A stretch of DNA of 64,000 nucleotides from an uncultured Chitinophagales bacterium (GCA_964495695.1 CAZBWR010000004.1:39006-103005); one strand, 5' to 3'. Positions 1 through 9,497 are shown, numbered from the stretch's first letter. Numbers and translations: made by a program. The notes: generated by a model not told the origin, from the letters alone.

Positions 1-110
1 GCCTGATCAGGACATCGTTCCCGAATGTATCGGTAGTATCGTTTACCGAACTGCCACCCGAAACGGAAATCGAGTTTGTAGGCAAACTGGAGGTAGCCAA
101 TGAGGATTAA
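1..110 (+). CDS. flhA: C-terminal fragment of flagellar export protein FlhA (partial, runs off window start)
   Basis: Frame 3 translates as ...LIRTSFPNVSVVSFTELPPETEIEFVGKLEVANED*, resembling an FlhA C-terminus. Its stop overlaps the flhF start; its position immediately upstream of flhF is the expected gene order. Confidence 0.45.
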   Translation, partial: LIRTSFPNVSVVSFTELPPETEIEFVGKLEVANED

Positions 111-1329
111 GAAATTCACCGGCACAACATTAAAAGAGGCAACGGATGCGATGCGGGGAACATTGGGAGAAGATGCCATCATTCTCAGCACTCGCCGCGT
201 CCCGAAAGGGGGCTTGCTGAATTTTCTGGCCAAGGACGGATTCGAGATCACTGCCGCGGTGGATGAGCAGCCTGTGACCAGGAGCGGAGCTTTTGCAAAG
301 CAACTCTCCCGGGCTGCGGGCGAAAGGTCCGGAGGGGAAGCCACGACACTGGATAGTCTCCAAAAAGTAGCGGCAGCATTTGAGCAAAAGGGAAGAGGGC
401 AATTCCGCGGAGGGGAAGGTGTGGCGCATCATTCGACAGGGATGACCGAACTGAAGCAAGAGGTAGAAAACCTCCGCACTGTCGTGCAGGAGATGGCAAG
501 CCACATAAAATATGCAAAAATGCCGAGCCTTCCTGAATACCTCAAGCATGCATACACAACTCTTGTTCAGCAAGATGTTAACGACCAACTTGCAGCGGAA
601 ATTACCCAGCAAGTCTATCGCAAGCTCGGGGAGGACAAACTTGCCAGCAAACAGGCGGTAGAGCAAGCTATTCTTCATGAGATTGCATCGCTGTTTGCCC
701 CGGTTCCGGGTCGCGATCGGCAAGTGAAACGGACAAAAGTCGTCGCTCTGGTCGGGCCCACCGGCGTCGGCAAAACCACCACCATAGCAAAGCTTGCTGC
801 TATTCACAAATTGATGCACAAGCAGCAGGTAGCCCTCATTTCGGCGGACACGTACCGCATTGGTGCAATTGAGCAGCTTCGGACGTTTGCTTCGATTGCT
901 GACATTCCGATGGAAGTTGTTTACAAACCGGCTGAGATCAAAAGCGCGTTGGCAGAGTACCGGACGAAGGATATTGTTTTCATCGACACAGTAGGGCGCA
1001 GTCAGCGTGTGAAGAAAGAGATCAGCGAGCTTGCCCGCTTCATTTCGGCTTCAAATGCGCACGAAGTGCATTTGGTGCTCAGCGCCGCCGCCAGTGACCG
1101 GACGGTCAATGAGGCCGTAACGAACTTCAAACCGCTGGCACCAAACCGGATAATCTTCTCGAAGCTTGATGAGTCCGGGGCGTACGGTCTGTTGTTGAAT
1201 ACGGCTGTAAGGCATAAATTGCCCGTTTCTTTTGTGACGACGGGACAAAATGTGCCCGACGATATCCGCGAAGCACAGCCTGCATCACTGGCTGAGTTGG
1301 TCTACAAGGGAGTGCTGATGAATGCTTGA
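100..1329 (+). CDS. flhF: Flagellar biosynthesis SRP-type GTPase FlhF
   Basis: 409 aa. Has an SRP-GTPase G domain (LVGPTGVGKTTTIAKLAA, DTVGR, SKLDE). RBS GGAGGT lies upstream. It is followed, with an overlapping stop, by the MinD-like flhG. Confidence 0.85.
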   Translation: MRIKKFTGTTLKEATDAMRGTLGEDAIILSTRRVPKGGLLNFLAKDGFEITAAVDEQPVTRSGAFAKQLSRAAGERSGGEATTLDSLQKVAAAFEQKGRGQFRGGEGVAHHSTGMTELKQEVENLRTVVQEMASHIKYAKMPSLPEYLKHAYTTLVQQDVNDQLAAEITQQVYRKLGEDKLASKQAVEQAILHEIASLFAPVPGRDRQVKRTKVVALVGPTGVGKTTTIAKLAAIHKLMHKQQVALISADTYRIGAIEQLRTFASIADIPMEVVYKPAEIKSALAEYRTKDIVFIDTVGRSQRVKKEISELARFISASNAHEVHLVLSAAASDRTVNEAVTNFKPLAPNRIIFSKLDESGAYGLLLNTAVRHKLPVSFVTTGQNVPDDIREAQPASLAELVYKGVLMNA

Positions 1330-2161
1330 TCAAGCAACCCGCTTGCGGGAAATAGCAGAGCGACATTGCACACGACCCGAGTATGATGGGCCATACGTGA
1401 TTACAATTGCAAGCGGCAAAGGAGGTGTCGGGAAAAGCACCTTGGCTCTGAACCTTGCAATACGCTTTGCGCAGTCAGGACGCAGGACTGTGCTTGTTGA
1501 CGCCGACGAGAACCTTGGCAATCTGGACGTAATGTTGGGTATTTCCCCGGAGTTGCGGTTAGGAAGCGTCATTCGCGGGGAGCGTGATCTGGAGGATGTG
1601 TTAGTGACACCGATGGCAAACCTTGCTGTCCTGCCCGGAAGTTCCGGGGATCCCGCTTATCCTCAGCTGACATTAGAGGAACAAGTGAGTCTGATGAATG
1701 ATGTAAAAGAGGTGAACCGCGATTCTGAATTTATCATCATTGACGCGGCGGCAGGAATAGGAAAGCGGGTTCTCGGGTATGCGGTTAACTCACACGAAGT
1801 CCTTCTGGTAACAGTTCCAGAACCGACGGCCGTGATGGATGCCTACGCATTGATCAAAATGCTCACGGCAGCGGATGAACACCTTCCGGTGAAGTTGGTT
1901 GTGAATGCCGTTCACGTCCCGGATGAAGGTGAAGAGACCGCGTTGAAGCTGCAAAAAGCTGTCACACACTTTCTGAACAGGGCGGTTCATTATGTCGGGG
2001 CGATTCCGTTTGACAGACACGTGTCGAAGGCTGTTATGCGCCAGCGTCCCATTGTGAATGAATTTCCAGTTTCGGCGGCGGCATTATCAATCGGGGTTAT
2101 TGCAGACCGGATTCTTGACCAAGTGGCAACAAGAGGAATCAGGAGGTATCAGTCGGTATGA
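1322..2161 (+). CDS. flhG: MinD/ParA-family ATPase FlhG (FleN)
   Basis: 279 aa. Has a deviant Walker A motif (IASGKGGVGKSTLALNLA). Its start overlaps the flhF stop, giving the classic flhF-flhG pair. Confidence 0.8.
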   Translation: MLDQATRLREIAERHCTRPEYDGPYVITIASGKGGVGKSTLALNLAIRFAQSGRRTVLVDADENLGNLDVMLGISPELRLGSVIRGERDLEDVLVTPMANLAVLPGSSGDPAYPQLTLEEQVSLMNDVKEVNRDSEFIIIDAAAGIGKRVLGYAVNSHEVLLVTVPEPTAVMDAYALIKMLTAADEHLPVKLVVNAVHVPDEGEETALKLQKAVTHFLNRAVHYVGAIPFDRHVSKAVMRQRPIVNEFPVSAAALSIGVIADRILDQVATRGIRRYQSV

Positions 2162-2388
2162 ATAAGATCATTTTTCAGATAGGCATTCTCGGATTTTGCA
2201 TTGCGGCCGTCGTGTTCGGGGGAAGCGGAGGCGGTGTGCTCGACATTATTTCACGGGCATTCATCGTGTTTGTTGGTGTAGTGTTGGCGTTGACGGCGAT
2301 TGTTCTTGTCGGCGGGACAATGATTGAGAAAAACAGTGCGGCTGCGGGCGCAACCGAGCATGAGCCGTCCAAAGAGCATCAAAAGTAA
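2158..2388 (+). CDS. Small hypothetical membrane protein (2 predicted TM helices joined by a GGSGGG linker)
   Basis: 76 aa; two hydrophobic stretches. The ATG overlaps the flhG stop, giving translational coupling. Not a recognised flagellar family. Confidence 0.4.
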   Translation: MNKIIFQIGILGFCIAAVVFGGSGGGVLDIISRAFIVFVGVVLALTAIVLVGGTMIEKNSAAAGATEHEPSKEHQK

Positions 2389-2399
2389 CCAATTGAGCC

Positions 2400-3158
2400 A
2401 TGATGACAGCTACTGAACCGAATACCGATCAGCTGTGGGGACATTTTTCCCGTACCCGCTCTCCGGAATTAAAGCGCCAACTGGCGATGCAATATGTCGG
2501 TGTCGTTAAATTTGTTGTCAGCAAATTTCGCAGCTACTCGCGGCAAGCAGTGTCTGTAATCGACGAGAACGATCTGACACAACTCGGAATGATCGGACTG
2601 CTCGATGCAATCGAGCGCTTCGACCCGACGCGAGGCGTCAAGTTCGAGACGTACGCGATCACCCGCGTACGCGGCACCGTTCAAGACGAACTGCGCAAAC
2701 TCGACTGGGTTCCCCGCTCAATCCGTGAGAAGGTACGGACGATCGATAAAGTAACTCAGAAGATCGCATGCAACGACACTCTGCAGGGTTCGGCAAAGAA
2801 GATCGCCGCCGAGCTCTCAATGTCCGTCGATGAGTACCTGGAAATGTTGTACGACACGCAAACTGCGTCGCCGGAAGTTATCTCCCATACTGATCGCGGG
2901 GAGGATATCCTCGACTTGGTCGTTACGGAGGACCTCGACGTAGCGGATAAGGTGGCCGAGGATCAGTTGAAATCACTTTTGATCAGTTTTGTTGACAATC
3001 TCCCCCAGCAGGACAGGGTGGTCATCGCACTCTACTACTATGAAGAATTGACGTTCAAAGAGATCGCAAGCGTCCTGCGTCTCTCCGAGTCACGCGTGTT
3101 TCAGAAACACCAGGCCATTCTCGAACGGATCCGTGAACAAGTAGGAGCATTCGTATGA
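2400..3158 (+). CDS. fliA: Flagellar sigma factor sigma-28 (FliA/WhiG family)
   Basis: 252 aa with sigma-70 regions 2, 3 and 4: LIESNLRLV-like segment, then LPQQDRVVIALYYYEELTFKEIASVLRLSESRVFQKHQAILERIR. Position after flhF/flhG is as expected. Confidence 0.85.
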   Translation: MMTATEPNTDQLWGHFSRTRSPELKRQLAMQYVGVVKFVVSKFRSYSRQAVSVIDENDLTQLGMIGLLDAIERFDPTRGVKFETYAITRVRGTVQDELRKLDWVPRSIREKVRTIDKVTQKIACNDTLQGSAKKIAAELSMSVDEYLEMLYDTQTASPEVISHTDRGEDILDLVVTEDLDVADKVAEDQLKSLLISFVDNLPQQDRVVIALYYYEELTFKEIASVLRLSESRVFQKHQAILERIREQVGAFV

Positions 3159-3421
3159 GCCATCAAGACCCGCGCCGACCTCATCCCATTATGGCTATGC
3201 CTCCGGCGATGTGGCGTCAATATATCGAGCCGAAGCGCAGCCTCTTCGATCAGGTCGAAACACTCCCCGAAGATGAAAAATTGATACTGGCGCTTCATTA
3301 CTATGAAGGCCTTTCGTTCAGCGAGATTGCGCGGTTGATGGATATTCAGGAGTGGGACGCAATTGCGCTTCACGTTCAGGCATTGTCAAAGCTACAATCA
3401 CGAATCAAAGATCTGTTTTAA
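3155..3421 (+). CDS. Stand-alone sigma-70 region-4-like protein (FliA C-terminal paralog fragment)
   Basis: 88 aa. Its start overlaps the fliA stop (ATGA). The sequence LPEDEKLILALHYYEGLSFSEIARLMDIQEWDAIALHVQALSKLQSRIKDL aligns with FliA region 4, but the recognition-helix residues are diverged. Confidence 0.5.
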   Translation: MSHQDPRRPHPIMAMPPAMWRQYIEPKRSLFDQVETLPEDEKLILALHYYEGLSFSEIARLMDIQEWDAIALHVQALSKLQSRIKDLF

Positions 3422-3424
3422 GCA

Positions 3425-4300
3425 ATGATTTCAGCAAGCTTTATCAAAGACAAAGTCCAAACAATCATTCAATTGCCCGCACTTCCGGAGATTGCCCGTG
3501 AAGTCGTGGAGATGGTGGAGAATCCAAAAACATCGGCGGCGAAGTTGGGCCGGGTCATTTCAACGGATCAGGGCCTCACGACCAAGGTGTTGAAGATTGC
3601 CAACTCGGCCTTCTACGGCTTTCCGAAGAAGATCGCCACCGTTGATTTTGCAATTATTGTTCTCGGTTTTGATGCGTTGCGGGAAATTGTGATCAGCATC
3701 TCGCTCGTGAGCGCTTTGCAGAAAAAGAACGAGTCATCATTTGACACACAGGCATATTGGGACCACTCGATTTACAGTGGTGTTATCGCACGGAGGCTTG
3801 CGCGAGATCTCGGTTACAGAGTAAGCGGGGAGGTCTTTGTCGGAGGGCTGCTGCACGATATGGGCATCTCGGTATTGCACCAGCACTTTGCCAAAGAGTA
3901 CAAAGTGATAGCCGGGACTGTAGCAGAGGGTCGTATGACCTGGCTCGAAGCTGAACAGTCACTTCTGGGCGTCACGCATGCCGAGATTGGAGGATGGCTT
4001 GCCGAGCGTTGGAATTTCCCCCCCTCACTCGTTGAGGCGATCAAGACGCATCACCGACCCCTTGAGGCGCAGGAGAACCCCGACCTGGTAAGTATCATCC
4101 ATTGCGCAGATGTTCTGGCAAACCGCCTCGTCGAATCGCCAATGACGTTCGACGCCGGCATTGACTTTATACCTGAAGTCCTCAGCCGGTTGTCGCTCGA
4201 TGATCCGGGAATGTTGCAAGACTACATTACCTCGTATGGCAAAATCATCCAGGACGACATACAACAGTTCTCAAACATGTTCACCGGGGAGAGGGAGTAG
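3425..4300 (+). CDS. HDOD domain signalling protein
   Basis: 291 aa. HDOD signature present (LPALPEIAREVVEMV...KVLKIANSAFYGFPKKIATVDFAIIVLGFDALREIV...LLHDMGI). Confidence 0.7.
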   Translation: MISASFIKDKVQTIIQLPALPEIAREVVEMVENPKTSAAKLGRVISTDQGLTTKVLKIANSAFYGFPKKIATVDFAIIVLGFDALREIVISISLVSALQKKNESSFDTQAYWDHSIYSGVIARRLARDLGYRVSGEVFVGGLLHDMGISVLHQHFAKEYKVIAGTVAEGRMTWLEAEQSLLGVTHAEIGGWLAERWNFPPSLVEAIKTHHRPLEAQENPDLVSIIHCADVLANRLVESPMTFDAGIDFIPEVLSRLSLDDPGMLQDYITSYGKIIQDDIQQFSNMFTGERE

Positions 4301-4303
4301 CGT

Positions 4304-5683
4304 ATGGAGATGATGCAGCGAAAAGGACATGTGCGTCGCAACAAGCTGCAGCTGCTCGACTCAACGGCCCCGCAGTTTGAGACCTTTATCGAGAGCCGGG
4401 AACAGTACATCCAGGCACTGGAGGAGACGCTGGACCTCCTTAAACGGGAGAAACTTACAGCGGCGGAGAATAACATTGCCATCAGAAACTCCATCAATGA
4501 GCTCATGGCAATGCAGCAGCTCTCGAACAGCATCAGCACGGCGCAGGATCCGGAAGAGATTGTGGGGACGCTGATTCATCTGACGAGGCAGGTCATCCCG
4601 GTTGCGGAATCAAACGTGTTTGTGTTTGAGAACGGCTCCAACACACTCACTCCGCTGTCGTCCAAGATAACGACGGGATTCAGGGCTGAGGCCGAAGCTC
4701 ATGTGGAATCGGGCGTGGTTGATTGGGTGATCAAGGAGCAACGGACGGCGATTTTTCCCGAGATGGAGACCGTGGAGACGAACGGCAAACAGCATATCGT
4801 TGTGATCGTTCCCCTCATGATACGGAATGAGGCGCTGGGTATGTATATGATACGTTCTCCGAAGTCGCACAATGATATTTCGAATCATGACATGCAGTTG
4901 TTGAGTGTGCTTGCAAATCAGGCCGCTGTGGGAATTGAAAACTGGCGCTCGCACGATCAACTCAAACGGATGAATGAAGAACTAAAGACCTCGCAGGCAC
5001 AAACCCTGCAGGCGGCAAAGTTGGCGGCGATCGGGGAGCTTGCCGCAAGTATCGTTCATGAAATAAAGAATCCCATCCAGGTGCTGATGATGCACATGGA
5101 GATGGTGCAGCGAGGCAAACCGCTGCCTAACTGGACAGACATGCTGGCAAAGCAAATCAAGCGCCTTTCTGAGATCACCCGCCGCTTAATGAACTTCTCG
5201 CGCAACAGCTCTGACGAACCGAGGATGGAGGAAGTATCGGTGAACAGGGCAATAGAAGAAACGGTGGCGATGGTCCAACATGAGTACAGGAACAACAATA
5301 TCGAGATCCGCACGCAGCTTCTGGAGAGCGTTCCCAAGATCATCGGCAACAGCAACTATCTCCAGCAAGTGTTCCTGAATCTCCTCATCAATGCCCGTGA
5401 CGCTATGCCCAAGGGGGGCCAAATCACCTTTATGACTGAATCTTCAGGATACCACGTGATTGTGCGGGTTTCCGACACCGGATGCGGTATTGACAAGGAA
5501 AATCTCAGCCGAGTGTTCATGCCGTTTTTCACAACTAAAGGCGAAGGTGTCGGCACGGGCCTGGGACTTTCGGTCTGCCGGAAGATCATCAGCGAGCATA
5601 AGGGTGAAATCAAAGTGGAGAGCACGCCCGGTGAAGGGACGACATTCACAATCTTTCTCCCAACGAAGAGGATCCGCGCATGA
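4304..5683 (+). CDS. GAF-domain sensor histidine kinase
   Basis: 459 aa. N-terminal coiled-coil plus GAF-like region. HisKA H-box AASIVHEIKNPIQ. HATPase_c N, G1 and G2 boxes (NLLINARDAM, DTGCGI, GTGLGLSVC). Confidence 0.8.
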   Translation: MEMMQRKGHVRRNKLQLLDSTAPQFETFIESREQYIQALEETLDLLKREKLTAAENNIAIRNSINELMAMQQLSNSISTAQDPEEIVGTLIHLTRQVIPVAESNVFVFENGSNTLTPLSSKITTGFRAEAEAHVESGVVDWVIKEQRTAIFPEMETVETNGKQHIVVIVPLMIRNEALGMYMIRSPKSHNDISNHDMQLLSVLANQAAVGIENWRSHDQLKRMNEELKTSQAQTLQAAKLAAIGELAASIVHEIKNPIQVLMMHMEMVQRGKPLPNWTDMLAKQIKRLSEITRRLMNFSRNSSDEPRMEEVSVNRAIEETVAMVQHEYRNNNIEIRTQLLESVPKIIGNSNYLQQVFLNLLINARDAMPKGGQITFMTESSGYHVIVRVSDTGCGIDKENLSRVFMPFFTTKGEGVGTGLGLSVCRKIISEHKGEIKVESTPGEGTTFTIFLPTKRIRA

Positions 5684-6639
5684 GAACATCTGCAACAATT
5701 ATCATGGCGATACTGACAATCTGTGTTACGCCCTTGTGGGCAAGTGCGCCCCGGCTGCTGGTCGACACGCGGTACACACCCGATCCCGTGGTGAGCAGAA
5801 TATCATTCAACTTCACCGGGAGCGGACGTGTGTTGCACACCCGCTTGAATGACAGGCAAATCCGTCTCACGTTTCCTGATACAAGGTCAGGCAAGACAGT
5901 GAACTTGACGCCCTTGGTCCTGCCGCACGGGCCTGCCAAAAGTGTGTCGTTCGATACACCTGATACGAACACGATCCGGGCGATCGTTACGTTTCGTCAG
6001 GCATTGGATTATTCGCTGCGGACAGAGGGAAGCAGGATTGTTGTTGACATGCATCCGACTGATACGGCAGCGGTTGCAGGTTCACCTGTGGATATCTCCG
6101 CGATGGTATTGGAACAGGTCGAGAAGGCGAAGGATCCGACACCATCGTTGCAGCAAACGGAACGGAGTTCATCATTTGTCCTCATGCCTCTTCTGATTGC
6201 TCTTGCCATTGCTTCGCTGGGCACATCCGGCTTGTTATTCTACCTGAATCGTTCCGCGTCTCCAGAGCCGCCGCGTGTGCCGGTTCCGTCTGCGAAGCAA
6301 GGGGCCCCGAACCGGGTGGAGGCAATTTTGCATGAAGCACGCATAATTCTAGAGGAAAAAGCGGCTCCGCAAAAATCCATCGCCTCGACGACGGAGGGAG
6401 AGGACGGGGGAGTGGCAACTGCCAGATTGTTTGGTCGTGGCCGCGGAGAGGTAGCATTGGTAATGAAAATGGAACAGCAACGCGGGGAGTTCTCGTGGAA
6501 TAATGCCCGTATACGTCCTGAAGCACTCAAAGGAAAGCCGCTTACAGCGGCGAGAAAGCTGGGAGTCGGAAGGGGCGAAATAGAACTCGCACGATCATTA
6601 CAAAAAGTACGGGAAGAACAAAACCAAAGGGGGAGATGA
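5680..6639 (+). CDS. Hypothetical bitopic membrane protein (signal peptide, about 140-aa periplasmic beta-rich domain, one TM, R/E/G-rich C-terminal region)
   Basis: 319 aa. Start overlaps the kinase stop (ATGA). N-terminal signal peptide MRTSATIIMAILTICVTPLWASA; internal TM FVLMPLLIALAIASLGTSGLLFYL. Confidence 0.5.
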   Translation: MRTSATIIMAILTICVTPLWASAPRLLVDTRYTPDPVVSRISFNFTGSGRVLHTRLNDRQIRLTFPDTRSGKTVNLTPLVLPHGPAKSVSFDTPDTNTIRAIVTFRQALDYSLRTEGSRIVVDMHPTDTAAVAGSPVDISAMVLEQVEKAKDPTPSLQQTERSSSFVLMPLLIALAIASLGTSGLLFYLNRSASPEPPRVPVPSAKQGAPNRVEAILHEARIILEEKAAPQKSIASTTEGEDGGVATARLFGRGRGEVALVMKMEQQRGEFSWNNARIRPEALKGKPLTAARKLGVGRGEIELARSLQKVREEQNQRGR

Positions 6640-6640
6640 G

Positions 6641-7381
6641 ATGATCAAAGGACTCTATTCATCGGGTGCAGGGACAATGATGGTAAAGATCGAGGTTCTT
6701 GCAAACAACCTGTCCAACATCCATACCGACGGGTTCAAGCGCGACTCGACATTTGTTGAGATGCTAAAGGCGAATGAAAAAATCGAACCGGGTGTGCCGT
6801 GGGAACCCAGTACTCCGCTGCGTCTCGGTCGCACCGTCGACTTCACGGGGGGCTCCCTGAAGGAGACTCATAACCCACTTGATATTGCGCTGCAGGGCAA
6901 TGGGTTCTTTGTCGTACAGACACCTCAAGGAGAGCGGTATACCCGCAGCGGTAGCTTTACCGTGTCCCAGGACGGCACACTTGTGACCCGTGAGGGTTAC
7001 TCGGTCATGGGCGCCCAGGGGGCAATCAGGTTTCCAGATCTGCAGAAGTTGTCAAACGGGACATTACATGTTTCTCAGACGGGAGAAATCACCTTGGATA
7101 AGGTTTCTGTTGGAACGATCAAAGTCGTACAGTTTGAAATGCCTCAACGATTGCTCAAGGCGGGGGCATCGCTGTTCACCCGAGACGAGGAAAGTGATCC
7201 GCAGATGGTCGAGAGCGAGTTGCCCGACGTCCGGCAAGGGTATCTTGAAGAATCTAACGTCGATGGAATTTCGGAGCTGATAGAGATGATTGAGATTCTC
7301 CGGGCGTTCGAATCGAATCAGAAAGCTGTACTTGCTCAAGATCAATCTCTTGAGCGGTCAATGGAAGTAGGAAAATTCTAG
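6641..7381 (+). CDS. flgF: Flagellar basal-body rod protein FlgF
   Basis: 246 aa. Rod-protein N-terminal motif (LANNLSNIHTDGFKRD) and C-terminal motif (GYLEESNVDGISELIEMIEILRAFESNQK). It is the first of two tandem rod genes. Confidence 0.75.
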   Translation: MIKGLYSSGAGTMMVKIEVLANNLSNIHTDGFKRDSTFVEMLKANEKIEPGVPWEPSTPLRLGRTVDFTGGSLKETHNPLDIALQGNGFFVVQTPQGERYTRSGSFTVSQDGTLVTREGYSVMGAQGAIRFPDLQKLSNGTLHVSQTGEITLDKVSVGTIKVVQFEMPQRLLKAGASLFTRDEESDPQMVESELPDVRQGYLEESNVDGISELIEMIEILRAFESNQKAVLAQDQSLERSMEVGKF

Positions 7382-7403
7382 AACAATCAGTCGAGGAGGA
7401 ATT

Positions 7404-8195
7404 ATGAACAGGGCATTACGGACTGCAGCATCGGGCATGATGGCGCAACAGCTTAATGTTGATACCATCGCCAATAACCTGGCAAACGTGAATACAACAG
7501 GATTCAAGAAATCCCGTGCGGAGTTTCAGGATCTGATGTACCAAACCGTGAAGGCGAGCGGGTCGGCGTCGAACGGCGTCACCCGGGAAACGCAGGCCAT
7601 TCAGGTCGGGACGGGTTCAGTGCCAACGGCTACTCAGAAGAGCTTCTTGCAGGGTGACGTCCAGGCAACCAGCAACCCGTTCGATATTGCTGTCATGGGA
7701 GAAGGGTTCTTTCAAGTACGCCGCCCTGACGGGACAATTGCCTACACGCGTGATGGTGCATTCAAGCTTTCTGCCGACGGGACAATAGTTACGTCACAGG
7801 GCTATGTGCTAGATCCAGGCATTTCGCTGACCAGCAATGCGAAGAACCTCTCCATTAGTCGCGAGGGAATAGTAGAGAGTTCCGATTCGACCGGCGACCA
7901 GCCGACACGCATCGGGCAGATTGAACTCGCAACGTTCGTAAACGTGGCCGGCCTGAAGGCTATCGGGAACAATTTGTTCGTTGAAACTCCCGCCTCGGGT
8001 CCGCCGGTTATCGGGACTGCAGGCTCGGATGGATTCGGTGAGCTTCAACAGGGATACCTCGAATCTTCAAACGTCGATGTGGTCGAGGAAATGGTAAGCA
8101 TGATCGTCGCACAACGGGCGTACGAAATCAACTCGAAGACGGTCAAGACCGTCGAGGAAATGCTGCAAATGGCAAACAATTTGAAACGGGGCTAA
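7404..8195 (+). CDS. flgG: Flagellar distal rod protein FlgG
   Basis: 263 aa. Motifs ANNLANVNTTGFK and GYLESSNVDVVEEMVSMIVAQRAYEINSK. The RBS AGGAGG upstream was read when tracing the start. Confidence 0.85.
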   Translation: MNRALRTAASGMMAQQLNVDTIANNLANVNTTGFKKSRAEFQDLMYQTVKASGSASNGVTRETQAIQVGTGSVPTATQKSFLQGDVQATSNPFDIAVMGEGFFQVRRPDGTIAYTRDGAFKLSADGTIVTSQGYVLDPGISLTSNAKNLSISREGIVESSDSTGDQPTRIGQIELATFVNVAGLKAIGNNLFVETPASGPPVIGTAGSDGFGELQQGYLESSNVDVVEEMVSMIVAQRAYEINSKTVKTVEEMLQMANNLKRG

Positions 8196-8207
8196 CCGGG
8201 TAGCGTT

Positions 8208-8903
8208 ATGTGGCTTCTTCTGAACATAGTGACCGGATTGATGTTGGCAGACGCGGGAAGAACTGCTGAGGCGAACGAAATTCAGCAGGTGGTGCGTGAG
8301 TACATCCTCTCTCAAGTTGACACAACCGTAGCCTCCGTGGATGTTGAGTTCCGCAGTTTGCCTACGCGTGTAATGAACATTCCTGAGGAGGGTGGATTGC
8401 GCGTGGTCCATGTACCGCACAAACGTCTGCGGGGAAATGTCATTCTGGCTGTTGAGGTCTTTTCCCCCGTACGGGTTGAGCACACATTTCTGCTCTCGGT
8501 CAAGATCCGTGAGTACAGAAGTGTCCTGAAGGCCGCAGGAAAAATTGAAAAAGGGAGTGTGGGGGAATCTATTCCGGTGATCATGGACAGGGTCGAGAGC
8601 ACCAATATTACAGGTGAGCTGCTTACCGCTTCGGAGCAGCTTGTAGGGATGAGAGCCAGGCGTATCATCAAGGCAGGAGGGATACTCACGGACGATATGT
8701 TCGAACCGGTTCCGATCATCAAACAGGGGCGAACGGTGAGACTGATTGTACGTACGGGAAGCGTGGTGATCACGACGTCAGCAGTCGCCAAGGAGGATGG
8801 AGGTCCCGGCTCAGTGGTTCTGGTGCAAAAAGAAGGAAGGGGCGAGCGTCTGAAAGCCCGGGTTGTAGACAAGGAAACGGTAGAACTCTTAACAAGAAAT
8901 TGA
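8208..8903 (+). CDS. flgA: Flagellar P-ring assembly chaperone FlgA
   Basis: 231 aa. N-terminal hydrophobic signal region and a C-terminal SAF-like region (IIKAGGILTDDMFEPVPIIKQGRTVRLI). Lies between flgG and flgH. Confidence 0.7.
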   Translation: MWLLLNIVTGLMLADAGRTAEANEIQQVVREYILSQVDTTVASVDVEFRSLPTRVMNIPEEGGLRVVHVPHKRLRGNVILAVEVFSPVRVEHTFLLSVKIREYRSVLKAAGKIEKGSVGESIPVIMDRVESTNITGELLTASEQLVGMRARRIIKAGGILTDDMFEPVPIIKQGRTVRLIVRTGSVVITTSAVAKEDGGPGSVVLVQKEGRGERLKARVVDKETVELLTRN

Positions 8904-8916
8904 GTCTGAGGAGAAT

Positions 8917-9489
8917 ATGAGATCAGGGCTGATTATGGTACTGGTGCTGGCAACGTGGGCTACGTCCGCACAGGATATGAGAAACAACATGAGCAGGTCG
9001 CTCTTTGCGGATCAGAAAGCCGCGCAAGTGGGTGATGCCATCACAATTATGATCATCGAATCCTCAAGTGCCGTGAACGATGCCCGTACTTCGACTTCAC
9101 GGGGGAGCGACATCTCCCTGAAAGCGAATGCATCGGCCGGTACCGGAAAATCGACAGATGTCAGCGGTGGTGTCGGCACGGGGAACCAATTCAAAGGTGA
9201 GGGACTGACTTCAAACCGCGGGTCGGTTCAGGCAAGAATGAGCGCCCACGTTGATTCCGTGCTGTCAAACGGCAATCTTCGCATCCGTGGAAGCCGCTCA
9301 ATCACGATTAATGGCGAAGAGCAGACAATAAGTGTTTCCGGGATTGTCCGGCCGTCGGATATTATGCCGGACAACTCAGTGTTCTCGCACAACATTGCTG
9401 ATGCCACGATTGTTGTAAAAGGCGATGGCAGCATCACGAAAGTTCAGGAGCCGGGCTGGCTCACGAAAATCTTCCATTGGTTGTTCTGA
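8917..9489 (+). CDS. flgH: Flagellar L-ring lipoprotein FlgH
   Basis: 190 aa. Signal peptide, then SLFADQKAAQVGDAITIMI...GNLRIRGSRSITINGEEQTISVSGIVRPSDI, typical of FlgH. Confidence 0.8.
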   Translation: MRSGLIMVLVLATWATSAQDMRNNMSRSLFADQKAAQVGDAITIMIIESSSAVNDARTSTSRGSDISLKANASAGTGKSTDVSGGVGTGNQFKGEGLTSNRGSVQARMSAHVDSVLSNGNLRIRGSRSITINGEEQTISVSGIVRPSDIMPDNSVFSHNIADATIVVKGDGSITKVQEPGWLTKIFHWLF

Positions 9490-9497
9490 GGTGCATC

